A DNA stretch of 64,000 bases from Eledone cirrhosa (taxonomy: Eukaryota). The DNA lies in the NCBI GenBank assembly GCA_964016885.1, contig OZ024741.1, positions 196,850,001 to 196,914,000 of the forward strand, given 5' to 3'. Below are positions 11,762 to 25,540 of this stretch, piece after piece (the first letter of the stretch is position 1; each line of letters starts with the position of its first letter). The notes beneath the pieces were generated by a model. It was given only the letters and a program-made list of their open reading frames with translations. It ran no database searches and was not told the origin of the DNA. A program made the position numbers and the translations under genes.

Positions 11762-13574
11762 GTTTATACAAAAAAAAAACAATAGGAAAATATTGATTTC
11801 TAATTTAGACAAGGCCAGCAAATTTAGGGAAAGAGCAAAGTTGATTAAATCAACCCCAATATTTAACAGGTACTCTATTTTATCAGCCACAAAATAATGA
11901 ATGGCAATGTTGACTGTGGAGAGATTTGAACTCAAAATGTTAAGAGCCAAAACAAATATTGCAATGATGTTTTATAAGATGCTCTATCAATTCTGCCAAC
12001 CCACCGCCTTTACAATAGAAAAATACTAAGGCTGGGAAATGACTTCAGAAGTAATAATCAGAAGATAAAAAATTGTTCATCTTTAAGAGTGGAAGCAAAA
12101 GAAAAGGTAAATTAAAAAAATTCTATTATCTCATTTTTATTTATTCAAGTAATTATGAGATATCAACAATATTTTTAAGAAGCTACTTTGGAGGTCAAAT
12201 AATAAAAACTCTGTTAAAGAGACAATCTTGAATTACTAAGTATCTTATTATACCTTGTTCATTGCAATGATTTCCTATCTCTCTTTAAACACATCATGGT
12301 GTATCTTAATCCTGCTCCCATTTTGTATTCCTTTAAAAACTCATAGCAATAAATTGAATGAAACATTATATAGCATCTCTGAAACATTGATCTCTATATC
12401 CAAAGAAATTAAAATATTTAATGGATAGTGAGCCCTTCAAGTTGGAATGGCTATTTCAATGCGTCTCTCTGAGGTAAATCTTTCTCTATTCTGTCCATTG
12501 AGACCATGGAGCTTCTTGTGCCTGGTGTTCTGCACACAAGAGAAGCATTCCCTCACATTGTCTGGTCATATATCAATGAGGTAGAAATAGTATAGGTTAC
12601 TGATATCTATGCTTACACACATTTATTTAATTGTAATGACTATATAACAAAGAGATGTGGGTGTTTCAATCAAGCCTAAGTCAAAGAAAAACTAATAGGT
12701 TATTTTTGTAAATTTTTACTACTTCAAAAAAAGCTTAAAATAGAATGAGATACTTTAAATTTAAAAATAAACTTATGTACAATTATGAAGATCAAGTAGA
12801 TCTCATAAATGGTTAGAGAAATAAAGCAAAACCCCAGTTAAAAAGAAAGCTGGATTTTGTAGATCTTTTAACTAAGAAATTCCTTTTCTGAAAGGTTTTA
12901 GAGAGATAGATTTACAATGGAATTATCATATTAACAGTTAACAGTATTGATAGATTCTCATAAAAAGAATACCACAAATATAATTTAGTTTCTGGTAATG
13001 ACAGATGGAAAAATAAAATTGCATGCAGCTTGAAACTCCAATTCATGAAGAAAATGAAAATAAAAAAACATGTTCCCCAAATTAAAATATTTACATTATT
13101 TCTAGTTAAAATCTTTATCAGATTATACTACTACTACTACTAATAACAATAATAACAGAAAACAATCCATTTAAATGTTGTCAACATAATCACATATCTA
13201 CTTGTTGATTATAGATGCTTCTTTTATACATAATATGATATATCTTTATATATTATTGTTGAAACTAGTTTTACTCAATGTGAGTTCTACAAAAAATGTT
13301 TTGGGGTTCCATGAGATAAGAGGTTTTTTTTAAAATAAAATTTAATAAAAATTTATTGTATGGTCCTTTTTTTTTATATATAAATAAATTCTTTCAATAA
13401 AACAATTTTTTATTTCATTTAATGTTTTATTTTTTAGGGTGGTGGGGATTGTTTGTAAAATGTAGTTATGTGTTCCTGATTGTTGGAAGATCATATAAAG
13501 GTTCTGTGACAAAGGATTAACATGATGTTTACTTATTGCCAAGTATATACTTATTGTTGGATCATTGTTAGTTT

Positions 13575-13838
13575 TTATGATGAGTGTTCTATCTGATCAA
13601 TGGAACAGTCTGCTCGCAAAATTAACTCACACACGACTGTGCATTTCACAGGCACATGTACCTTTAACACAATTCTCAGGGAGATTCAGCATAACAGTGT
13701 GTGACTAAGCTGACCCTATGAAGTACAGGTACAACTCATTTTTGCAAGCTGAGTGAACTGGATACACCACTGGGAATCAAACTCATGACCTTACGATCAT
13801 GAGCTGAGCACCTTAATCACTAAGCCACATGTTTTCAC
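13575..13838 (-). mobile_element. Older tRNA-derived SINE (family C), with further copies at about 22280-22545 and 22655-22830
   Basis: Shared GAACAG.CTGCT..GAAATT...GTTCTCAGG.AGATTCAG core in three places. Minus-strand head TGGCTTAGTG...GAGTTTGATTCC resembles A/B boxes. Confidence 0.75.
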
Positions 13839-14009
13839 ATGAAGTATGTACTACTGGCTGAGAATTTCTATAAATCTAAGTTGTTGAGAGAAGGAGAGAT
13901 GCTCACCTAGCTTGACAGTTTAACCACATAGTTATTTATGTTGAAGAAAAACTAGACTTTTTAATCCTATAAATAATATCAATTTTCAAAGTACATTGTT
14001 ATCATTTAA

Positions 14010-14241
14010 CCCTTATATTTCTAATAAAAATACCTATAATTTTCAAATAATTAAAAATATAATGAAGAATTAAGAGGGTTTTAGTAAAATAATTTCTCAT
14101 TATTAAACTGGTGTTTGGAACAAAAAAAAAAAGGTATACATAAAATCATAACGGAAGGTTTTTAGATAAATATAAATACATTAAAATAAAGTTTTATATC
14201 ATAGAACGAGGGCAGTTTCAGGCAGTTTGGTATCAAAATGG
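14010..14241 (+). mobile_element. piggyBac-type MITE family A
   Basis: TTAA on both sides. Ends TGGTATCAAAATGG. Shares the family core. Confidence 0.8.
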
Positions 14242-14765
14242 TTAATTCACAAAATACAATGTGAAAACTTTGGTGTTTTGAATTCTTGAAATATTTTTTT
14301 CAGAGAACATAATGAAATGCATTCTAGGAAACGAGATTAGAATTTTATGGAAATTGTTGATACATGTAGAATGAACTCAATGAATTTGTGAATTCTTAAT
14401 ACATAATAGCTAGAGAGAGTCCTATATAACATTTCAACATCATTATATGATGCTTATCTTTGCCACACACTGGATGGGTCTTCAAAGACTGTGTCAGTAC
14501 TTAAGTGGAGATGCTGGCCTCTCAGATGGGTCATGGGCCTGCATCTTGCCTACAAGTTCCCATGCTCTACTGAGTATTCACTCAGGCCGAGGGACCACAT
14601 CTCATATACGCTACCATGCTCTACTGAGTGCATTTTATAGTGACACCAGCACTAGGAAGATTGTCAGCTGAAGAGTCCTCTCAACGCTTGGTCTATCATG
14701 AAAATTTTCTATTCTTCATGTCATGTCTTCAAAGTAAGCATAGTGGTCAGTTTTCCACCTCCCCA

Positions 14766-14982
14766 CACAGCTATTTGAGGCAATCCCTGTGGTCTTATAG
14801 TAACTTTGTACGTATCCACAGCTATTTGAGGAAATCCCGGTGGTCTTATATTAACTATCCATGTATCCACAGCTATTTGAGGCAAACATTATGGTCTTAT
14901 AGTAACTTTGCACGCCTCCACAGCTATTTGGGGAAATCACGGTGGTCTTCTGGTAATTTTATACCTTTCCACACAGCTATTT
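14766..14982. repeat. 51-bp tandem repeat (4 units plus a terminal core) with A/B alternation
   Basis: CACAGCTATTT starts at 14766, 14817, 14868, 14919 and 14972. GGTCTT occurs at a constant offset in each unit. Confidence 0.92.
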
Positions 14983-16795
14983 GCTTTTCCATTGAAATTT
15001 GCTTGGTCTTTTGAGTTGTATGGGATGGACAGCAGAAAGTAGACAATGCAGTACTTCAGAGTCTGGTTAATCCTCCATATTGGCATGTGGTGATTAAGAC
15101 AGTGCCGTAATCCTATCTGACCAAGGCAGCTTTTGATCACCTCATCCTTGCTCTCAGGTTGTTGAGTGCCTTCCATTGGGTCACTGATCCAGAATGGAAG
15201 TCTTCAGAAGGAAGGATTTCTATGTCTGCTGGAGGAGGGTCATTCTCAAGCCTTTCTGTTCCAAAACTTGGAGTCTGGTCTCCTCTTGAGATCTTAGAGG
15301 TGAGGAAACTTCTTGATTTCAGATATTTTGCCAGGGATTAACATCTATGGAAGAAGTGACAATCATCATTAATAGCTTTGCCATCATGACTCAACTGGCA
15401 ACGTTTTGTCTGATATCAGCAGGGACAAAACTGGTGAGGAGGAGGAGGTTGTTTGTGTTGATATGTTTCAAACAGGTCTATTTATGACTACTGTTTCACA
15501 AATTTTGATTAATTTGTTCAAAAGAAAGTAAAAGATATACATTATAATCTCATATAATCTAATTTTATAGCACAACTACTCATAAGAATCACTACATACA
15601 AATACTCTATTAACAGTAGTAGTAGTGGAAGTAAATTTTTTCAATAGTCCTTTTTTTTCAATAGCACAATATAAATATTTCAAATAGTCTAAATTTCAAA
15701 ATCCTTGCATAAAATAAATGCCACATGCTTAAATAATAATGTACAATATTTATAAATAATGCAGGAAATAAAAAATAATGAAAGTGAAGAAATGTATTAG
15801 TATCACAACATAAATATAGTCTTGTTTTCCTTCTATTACTAGACATTACATCATATGTATCTTTCCCTATGAAGTTCTAATTGCCATTATAACTACTGTT
15901 AGTAACTTACAGTATTAATGTAGTATAGTTAAGGCCTGAAATATACTTTATGGCAGAGTAGTAACAATGTCATCAACATTGTTTTTACACCTGTTTTTCC
16001 ATGATTGCATGGGTTGGACAGGACTTCTTCAACACAGCATCTCTCTACTAGCCATGTTCCTTCATGATCTCTTCTGTGAGTGTCAGTGATTTAAGATCAG
16101 CTCTCATCACCTATGTCCAGGCCTTCCTTGGTTTACCTCTACTGCAGCTTTGAGAAATAATCTGAAGAGAGCACAACATTTGTATTTAAGAAATGTCTTT
16201 AAAATGGAGGCCACATGGGTCATCACTGTTCAAAACAGTTCTTATTCAAAGTTACAAACTTTCAAAATGAGTTAAGGATCATATCTCACTCGCGTTCCTA
16301 TTTTGGGTGGTTTCTATGGCTGGATGCCCTTCCTATTATCAACTTCTTTACAAAGTATACTGGGTGATTTTTATTGATAGCACCAGCATTAAAAAGGTTG
16401 TCTTGTCCCCAGCAAAGCTAAAGAATCATCTTCATTCTACTTTTAAAATAAATACATAAAATAAATACATAAAAAGGAAATGTTTTGATCTAGTTAAAAT
16501 TCAGTTATTTCTTTGTCAAAATTGTGAATATTATTACAGAGACCTAAAAAAATCAACATGGTGATGATGAAGATGATGATGATCTCTAATTTTGGCATAA
16601 GGCCAGCAATTTAGGGAAGGGGAAAGTCAATTATATCAGCACCAATACTAAGCATCTGTTTGATGTTCTAACAACTCTGCCAATCCACCACCAACCAATA
16701 ATAATAATAATAATAATAAATGTTTATTTCCTGCATACAGGTTTGTCTTCCACAAAGGCATGCTAGACTCCATTATATAACATAACACAGACTAC

Positions 16796-16875
16796 TATCC
16801 CAAACATTTTCAAACATTTCAGTACCCACGAATGTGGGACCATGTCAAAGGCTTTCTTAAGGTCTATCCAAGCCT
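16796..16875 (-). mobile_element. Small R4/Dong-like RT remnant
   Basis: The minus strand reads AWIDLKKAFDMVPHSWVLKCLKMFG. Confidence 0.75.
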
Positions 16876-18691
16876 AAATTCTTTAAATGTATTTTGCAGT
16901 TATGAATAATGACAATAATAATGATAGTTGTTTATAACGTTGGCATAAGGCCAGCAATTCAGAAGATGGCAACCCAAATAGTTAACTGGTGCTTTATTTT
17001 ATCAATCCTTCCTTTCCAGAACTTCTCTCAGAAATTCCATTCCTACCATAATTTTTTTTTCAAAGCTATCAACCACAATCTTAACTTCTAGGAGGTCAGT
17101 AAAATTTATGGAAATTTCCATAACAATTATAAAGGAGAGTCCAGCTGATAAAATGAAGATGGTATTGGACTATCAAAGCGTGGAGTTTATTCTTACTGTT
17201 TAGTTAGGTATGGGGGTGATACCCATGACCCTCTTCAAAGTTTTGGAGACTGTTTTGGAGAAAGGAAGATGTTGCCCTCAAACTGGAAATTTGAACTACA
17301 TGCTTACAATACAGTGAACTTAACCAAAGGCACCCAAGAGCCAGATGGTGATGCTAAATCAGGCAATAAATTAAGTTTACCACTCAAATGCACAAAGTAT
17401 GCCTGAAATTTTAATTTACTCTAAAGTGCACCTCAAATAAAACTGGTGTAGGGAATGTTGATCTAGATGCAGGAAATACACATATTCTGTTAAGCAAGTT
17501 AAATTCCATACAATATAATCCTATTCAGAGAGAAATCTATCTTTTGTTTTCCCAAAGTAATATAAACTAGTTTTATGCATAAATTTTGTTGGTTTTTATA
17601 GTGTGTGCGTGTGAAAGGATCAATTTTAAAATGAGGCACCTATTATTGTATAATTGTAAATACTGTTTTAGGGTTCATTATTAATTACAATATCAACCGG
17701 AGTGTATGAAGAAAGAGAGAGCGAGAGAGAGAGAGAGAGAGAGAGAGAATACTAATGATGAAGACGTATTTCAGAATAACTGTAGATATTTGTAATTTTA
17801 TGATAATTGATTTTGAAAACTGAAACATGAAAGCAACATAAAACAAGCAATATCTTTTCAAAGAGATATGCCATAATTGAACACAATATTTGAGATATTC
17901 TTGTAATAGATGTAATCAGATCATCAATCCTGATTTATTTTAGTACACATTGATCAATAGCCATCTGCACAGATGCCATTCATTCTGTTTTACTGAAGCT
18001 CTACGTACATTGTTAATTTGATGCAAACCCACCCAGAATGTTCCAAAGCCTGGTGAAAGGCTTTAATGAGGGAATATAAAACATCTTTGAAAATTATTGA
18101 ACCAATTAAACCAGTTAGTATGTGTGATGGTTATCTTCAAGAGGGCAAGAAAGGTCAAAGAAATAAACATCTAATTCATATCAAGGATTAGGAAAGATTA
18201 GTAGTTTTAATAAAAAGCAAATTTACTTCAATGTTATTAGGCAGTGAGTCCACTACAGTGTTATTTGATATATAATACCACTATGACTCACCTTATGATC
18301 TTCAGTACCTGTCTCTGATTCCGCAAAAGTGACATTTTTTCTCTAGATAACAATGGGACCAAATAGACAGTTGAACAACATGCAAGGTATGAACAGGTAG
18401 AAAGTATTGGACTTAAAGCTTAAAGATGTGTCACTGAAACAAATCTTAAAGCAAGTGGAAGCAATGAAGGAGCACAGGAAGAGACTTAAAACACAAAAAT
18501 TTGTGGAAACTAATTTTCTACAAGTAATTGAAATATCTTTGGATGATTTCAAACGCCTTCTAATAGATCTACATAGTTCACTCAGTGCACTGGTAAGACA
18601 AAAGCATATCACAAAATAGTTAGTATTTTGTTTTTAAAACCTATTGTAAAATATAACTACTATATCACTATTAACAGAAAAAATATATATA

Positions 18692-18728
<37 letters not shown>

Positions 18729-21700
18729 TTGCATAAAAATAGATTTTAATACCATCCAGAAAACGGTATAAATAATGCTTTATACTAACCAAATTAATTA
18801 AAATATGAGAATGAAACCAATGAGAGAGATGTGGGGGGAGGGGGGAGATTCCAGAAACATCTCTCTATAAGATAAGTAATTCCATATGAAATCCTGAAAT
18901 TTAATTCAATATTGCAATATATTAACAGTACACTAAGATTACTAAAGTTGCTATTAATAGGAAAAATAGATAAAATAGTCTCAGCCTTAAATAGTCTTCT
19001 GATTATAGTCATTAGAAGTAAATATGACATCACAAGACATAGCTTAACTCTTAACATCCTCTAATGGTCTAGCAGAAGATATCTAAAAATAGGTTTATTA
19101 ATTCAAATGTTTATAGTATCTTTACTAATAAACAGATCGTTATGAACATTTTCAGTAAACTAAAGTATAAACTTTAATTTTTAATGTGATGCAGTCATAG
19201 TGCATTTTGTACTTTTTAAGAATGACTTGTTAACACAGTTTTTTCATTAGTTCTGCACTTTCATATATTCTTCACTTCTAAATCAACTACATAAGATTTT
19301 GAATTTGAAAGTTAGAAGCATCAATGTTATTTGACTATGAAAAATAGATTAATAAGTTGGGTATATAAACCCTGGAGATGGAAAACATTTGCCTGTGGGA
19401 CACAAACTCACACCTGCAATATAACTATATAAGGTTTTAAATGCCATAAAATATATATTGCCTCACAACAAATATAAAGAAAACCCATTTTCTTTCTTAT
19501 GCAGTCTATTCTATCCAAGAACTAATTTTCTTGTTTTTTTGCTGCTGGGAAATTTCAGTTAAAAGTTGAGATTTCTCATCTTCAATACTAAGAGTGTTAA
19601 AATAATTACTCCAACAATGATAAATGTTATAGTTTTTGCAAATGTAAGCCACTGCTTTAGAAAATACATTCAGGTGGAGAAAAATGAGATAGTATTTGCA
19701 TTTATATCAAAGAAGTGGTGTTTGAATTCAAAGTATTTAAGGTAGTGCTGGCCATATGAGAGATAAAGCAATAGATTTTCAAAAGATGAAGATTCCAAAG
19801 TTGAAGAAATAACCATTTATATGAAGTGCAATATATTAAAATGAAATAAAAAACATCTGTAAAATAATCATTTTCATCTTCGTGTTTATTATCTCCTGTC
19901 ATTTTTTTTTAGTGCTTTTATATTCTTTGAGATATACAGAATACATTAACGCCATTCAAGGTTTCTTTGCCTATTATAAGACACTTGAATACTTATAAAT
20001 AATTGTCTCCAGAATCAAGATTTATTAAATAGAAACAAACTCCCATGACAATCCCAAATATATTTCAAAGATGGACATTATCAATTAAAGTGATTTGATT
20101 ATGTTGGAGAAAGTTATATTGAAAGGTTGTCACCCAAAGCAGGAAATAAGACAGTAGAAGAAAAATACAGTGAAATCCCAAATACCAAGTAGGGAAATAT
20201 ATAAACACACCGAAAGATCTTTGTATGGAACAGGGCAACCTGAAATGTTATTGACACTTTGACAGCATTGAATGTATTCCTTTGAGGCAATGTACTGGTG
20301 TTTCTTCTTTTTGACAGGTCTGATATACCCAAGTCTAGGTTTAACTCTTTGCATTTTCTTCTCATCCTAAATAGGGATATTGTTGTCAAGTTGTTATTTA
20401 AACTTGTATTTAACAAAATTCAAAAGGTAGGAGACAAAAGGCATCAATAACAGAAAATATTGCTTAACAAGAAAATATTTTTAGTAAGATTATAGAAATT
20501 AGAATTATATTCATTGTATTACTTATACCAACAATAGAAAAATATGATTTTCGAAGATGTATTAAAGATGTATACAAAAATACTAAAATTAAGAGACAAA
20601 GAGAAAAAATTCCAAAATTTAGCTGTCCACAGAAAGATACATATTTCACGAAACTTATGTTGAGATACTATCATATTAATTGAAAAGACTGAAAGCTAAA
20701 CTATCATAAATTGTGTAGACAATAATGTCAAGTTTCTAAAATTTCAAAAATAATAGAAAATAAAGAAGAAATATATAAGGATATATCAGGTTAGTTTATA
20801 TAACTGGTTAATTGAATCTAGAGAAAGTTGCGTTATGAATGGAAAGAAGAATAAAAAAAAAATAACACTGTCAGTTGAGAAAAAGGAAGTGTAGAAAATT
20901 ATGGTAATTTAGGAAAATCTGAATTTCATAATTTGGTAAGAAGAATTAGATTTATGAATTTCTTTACTAAAATTATTTCATTATGAATATGGTATTTATA
21001 ACATAATTCAACAAAAGGTTCTTATATGAAATTATGTAGGAAGATTTTAATTTAAAATGGGTGGTGCTGTTTGATACAACCATAGCAGGTTTTAGGTGGG
21101 TTGGTACCAAAAGAGTTAAAAATATTTTCTCAGGAAAAAGATATTTGACAATGAGAATGGTGGCTTATTATATGTGCCGAGGTTTACTTTGCCTTTAATC
21201 TTTACGGGGTCGATAAAATAAAGTACCAGTAATGCACTGGGTAATTACTAGCCTTGTGCCAAAAGTAGAAACAATTATATGTAGAAATCATTATATGTTG
21301 ACAAGAGTTTTCTGCAGGCATAGAAAATCTATGATTCTGTGTAAAGATATAAGCCACACTTAGGGATAAAATTCAAGTTAAATTTTGTTGGCAACCTTAG
21401 CTGCCTGCAGAAAGCTAATAGCTTTCTGATATATTTAGAATCAAAAATATTTGTTCAAGAAATGAACGATTAACTGCTAACATTTTAATGTAAACAATGA
21501 TAGACATTAAAAGGACCAATTTGAGAGATTAAAGAGAAGCAGGCCCTCAGACTGAACTCAAACCATATATCTGTCACTTGCCAGACAACTTTGATATCAA
21601 TTTAAGTACTATAAATTGTTTCTGCTATTTTATCTCCAATACTGCTGTTAAAGTAGCAGAAACATTTATAGTATCAACTGGGATAAGATGGGAAGGCAGC

Positions 21701-23146
21701 TGCTCACAGCTATAATCATTAACAAAGCCATTCAGATAGTTGGGTTAAATATTGCAAGTGGGTCCCTGGCTCTTTTCTCTCTCAAATTACTGTTTACAAT
21801 GCCTAATATGTAAAAAAAGAAAAGCTGAAAAATTTTGCAAATATCAAAGTTTACTACTATAGCTGAAAATAGTCAACATATACATAGTTAATTTTTGAAT
21901 TACTTAAAACAAAATATAACGAAGCAACAATTAGAAAATTTGCAAGGAAATAATCAAAATAAATTAATTTTTAAGATTTAGTAAGTGATTGATTGTTTAA
22001 TAAAAAATCTTTCGGTTGAATCATTGCTTAATGATGGTTTCTAATTTAAGCCAGACATTTTATGGGGAAGGGGAAGTTGATTATATCAACCTCAATAAAT
22101 TACTGGTACTTAATGTTATTGACTTTGGAACGATGAAGGGCAAAGTTGACCTCAGTGAGATTTGAACTGAGCAAAAAAAAAATACTGCCAAGCATTTATC
22201 AGGAACTCTAATGACTCAGCCAAGCCATCACCCTATCATTGCTTAATAATATTAAATTGGAGTTTGGACCTTCATTGCTTCAGATGACAAATGTTCCAGT
22301 TGTTTGGACTGCAGAACACGCTGCTTGTGAAATTAATGTGCAAGTGACTAAGCATTCCACAGATAATGTGCACTGTTAACATAGTTCTCAGGAGGAGATT
22401 CAGCATGACACAGTAGGTGAAAAGACTTTGAATAACAAGTACAACTGAGTGGACTGGATCAATGTGAAATAAAGTATCATTCTCAAGAATATAATGTGCT
22501 GCCTGATCGTGGAATAAAACTCATGAGCTTATGATTATGAACAATAATAAATTACTTGGCTGTAATATGCAGGTGATTCCTTCGTGATACTTAACTGTTA
22601 GCAGGTTTAAGTAAATAGTTTTAAATTAGAATAACTAACAGTTAAAATATATAACTGGCACTCTGTCAGTTCAATGATGAGTATTCCAGTCGATATGATC
22701 AAATGAACAGCCTGCTCATGAAATTCATGTGCAAGTGATAGCAAGTATTCCACGGACATGTATACCCTTAACATAGTTCTCAGGGAGCTTCAGTGTGACA
22801 CAGAATGTGACAAGGCTGGCTCATCGAAATTGATGTTCTAACAACTCTGCCAATTCACCACCTATGGTGGCTAGATTATAATAGGTTAAATTATTATAGT
22901 TATAAGACCACACTGAGTGATTATAAGCTCTTAACAAGTATGATCTATAATGCATTTATTTCCTCTTCATACCAGTAATTTCCAATGTTGTTTAGTTCTA
23001 AATCAGCTGTGACCAAACAGAAATATGACCAAAGCCATTTCTGCCATGAACATCCTGCTTTTTTTTTTTAAGGTGGATACTTTGCTACTACTAATTACAG
23101 TAGAGATGAAGCTTGTTATCAATAAGCAAACAAAAACAAGCAGAGA

Positions 23147-23241
23147 AATAATGCTTTATCCGGGTATACAATAGCTATAAGGTTGGTACTTATTAATAAT
23201 GCTTTATCCAGGTATACAATAACTAAGGTTGGTACTTATTA
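23147..23241. repeat. About 47-bp tandem duplication
   Basis: AATAATGCTTTATCC(G/A)GGTATACAATA...TAAGGTTGGTACTTATT occurs twice. Confidence 0.9.
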
Positions 23242-23752
23242 AATTGTAGTCAGTATTAACCAATCAGACATTGATTATGGATATTTAAATAGTTATTAAA
23301 TTTTTCTTCTTATGGGTATTAAAGTATATATTGTAATCAAATTTATCAAATGATTACGAGATCACAATATTTCGTGGACATAGTCAATAACCTATTAAAA
23401 GACATTGTTACTTGTTAATTTATATATATATAGGAAAAAAAAATTGAAAATGCAATTGGAGTCCTTAAGAAGATTTATTTACAATAACTTAACTGGTTTC
23501 ACAGTTTTATGATGTGATGTGCCTCACATCTGACGGGTTGGACATTTTCTTTCTGTTTTATGCAAAAAAAGTGGCTCGGATTGCTATTCGTTTAAAGTAC
23601 AATTTGATTGGTTGTGGATGATCACATGATTCCATATAGGGTTTTGTTGCAGTTTTTGCACCCAAAATTGTTATGATTCAGTGAACAATCCAAAAGGAAT
23701 TTGTGTCTATTCTAACGTGTTAAATAACCACGTCTATAGAATTTTATTTCAA

Positions 23753-23822
<70 letters not shown>

Positions 23823-24159
23823 TTGAAATATATATATATATATATATATAGGAAAAGCCTGAACCTTTTCCTATTACCCACTCTACTACCCAAAGTATCG
23901 AGTACTCTGGTGCATTATGGTTCACCTGGTTCCTTACCACACTTACTTCATTATATATATATATATATTTAAATTGAAGAAATCAAGGCTTATTAATGAA
24001 ATCCATCTTTAATCACTACAACACAGGTGAGAGATGTGTATATATATGCAAAAAATGAATCAATCTACTATAATTAATTAATAATTATTCACATGCAAAA
24101 TGTATATACACACCTCTAACAAAATACACCCCGGCCCCACTACCCCCACCCCATCCACA

Positions 24160-24446
24160 CCACCCCTTCCAATGTAAAGTTATGTTGGTACCACAGCATC
24201 CAGTCCGAAACAAATGAGGGCGTGTAGGTGACACGACAAAAAAACACACAGTCCACGCTATAATGTGGCCGTGTAGGTAACACGGTAAAAACCTCCCAGT
24301 CCACACTGTAAACGTGGTTGGTGTTAGGAAGGGCATCCAGCCGTAGAAAACCCGCCAGACAGTCCTATACGAGCAAGGCAACCAATCTTGCCTCAAGTGG
24401 AAAAATTCCCGTCCAAACCCATGCTAGCGTGGAAGATGGACGTTAA

Positions 24447-24482
<36 letters not shown>
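24160..24482 (+). mobile_element. SINE-like repeat (family B) with (GAT)n tail; degenerate copies at about 1690-1810, 9470-9660, 16310-16390, 37640-37760, 43560-43900 and 45480-45720
   Basis: Core GGTTGGTGTTAGGAAGGGCATCCAGCCGTAGAAA and 3' CCCATGCTAGCGTGGAAGATGGACGTTAAATGATGAT recur in both orientations. Confidence 0.8.
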
Positions 24483-24483
<1 letters not shown>

Positions 24484-25292
24484 CATCTCACATCTCTCAC
24501 CTGTATTGAAATGATTGTAGAGATTAAAGATGGATTTCATTTAAAAACCTTGGTTTTCTTTAATTTAAATATTTATGCTCTGCTGCCCTCACAAAAAACA
24601 CACATTTCAAATTTTTTTGAAAGGTTCTTTGAAGCATTTAAAAAAAAAAGTTCTTTTTAAAGGTTTTTTTTTTTAAATGTGTGTTTTTTAAGGTATTTCT
24701 GAAAGTTTTTTTAAAAAATGTTTTTCTATTTTAAAAAAATTCTTTCTAAGTATTCGATGCACATTCAATATTTACTGTGATTGTCGCATATAATACAGTT
24801 GCGGGTGTGTATGTGATTGTTGTGGGTGTATACGTGCTCATATGTATCACGCATGCGCGAAACATGGACATGAGCATGGGCATCTACAGGTCGGGAAGGC
24901 TGCGATAGAGCATGAGCGTTTCAATCATATAACCCCTTATCTCCTACAGTAGTAATTCCGATATAAGAAACAACTTTGATTGACAGGTGGCATATGAAAG
25001 GAACCAGATAAATGACGGCCATGAGTGGTCAGAAATACCGATGATGTGTACAATTCTTGACCACTCATGTACAGACAACAACAGGATTTAAGCTGGCGAG
25101 CGAAGGCCGCGGGAGTAACTGGACATTTGGAAACTCTGCTTTGAAGAATCGAGACGTATCTGAGGATCTTGCGATTTTCAGAGTCAAGTTCGATCATTGC
25201 ATCGATCGTGCCTCGAGCTGGTCGCCAGAGAAACGATTGTAATATGTCTAATAAATTTTAATTCGTTGCACCACTGATTCTCGGTTTCTTAT

Positions 25293-25331
<39 letters not shown>

Positions 25332-25540
25332 AATTAAGGTGTTATATATTTTTTTCCATACTTATATTTCATTGCAGATTTTGCCTCTATTTCCCCAATG
25401 CCCTCCCCCACCTGTCAATCAGCTTATAGCTCTGCCCCGGAGAGATAGACGAATGAAATTAAATCAAACAGATTAATTTCTCATTTGCTATTGTGAGGGT
25501 ATAACCACAGTCGTCAAGCAAAGAATCTCTATAATAATAA

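Noticed and set aside
14766-14982. CRISPR-like array (constant core with regular spacing)
   Set aside because: The 'spacers' are homologous to each other, the context is a eukaryotic intron, and there are no cas genes. It is a tandem repeat.
17800-18180. Possible Mutator-like transposase remnant (IIDFE...)
   Set aside because: Only short scattered motif hints, which cannot be distinguished from chance.
21330-21520. Possible hAT C-terminal dimerisation-domain remnant (LATL...SF...RIK...NERLTA)
   Set aside because: It needs several frameshifts, no TIRs were found, and it is too degenerate to call without a search.
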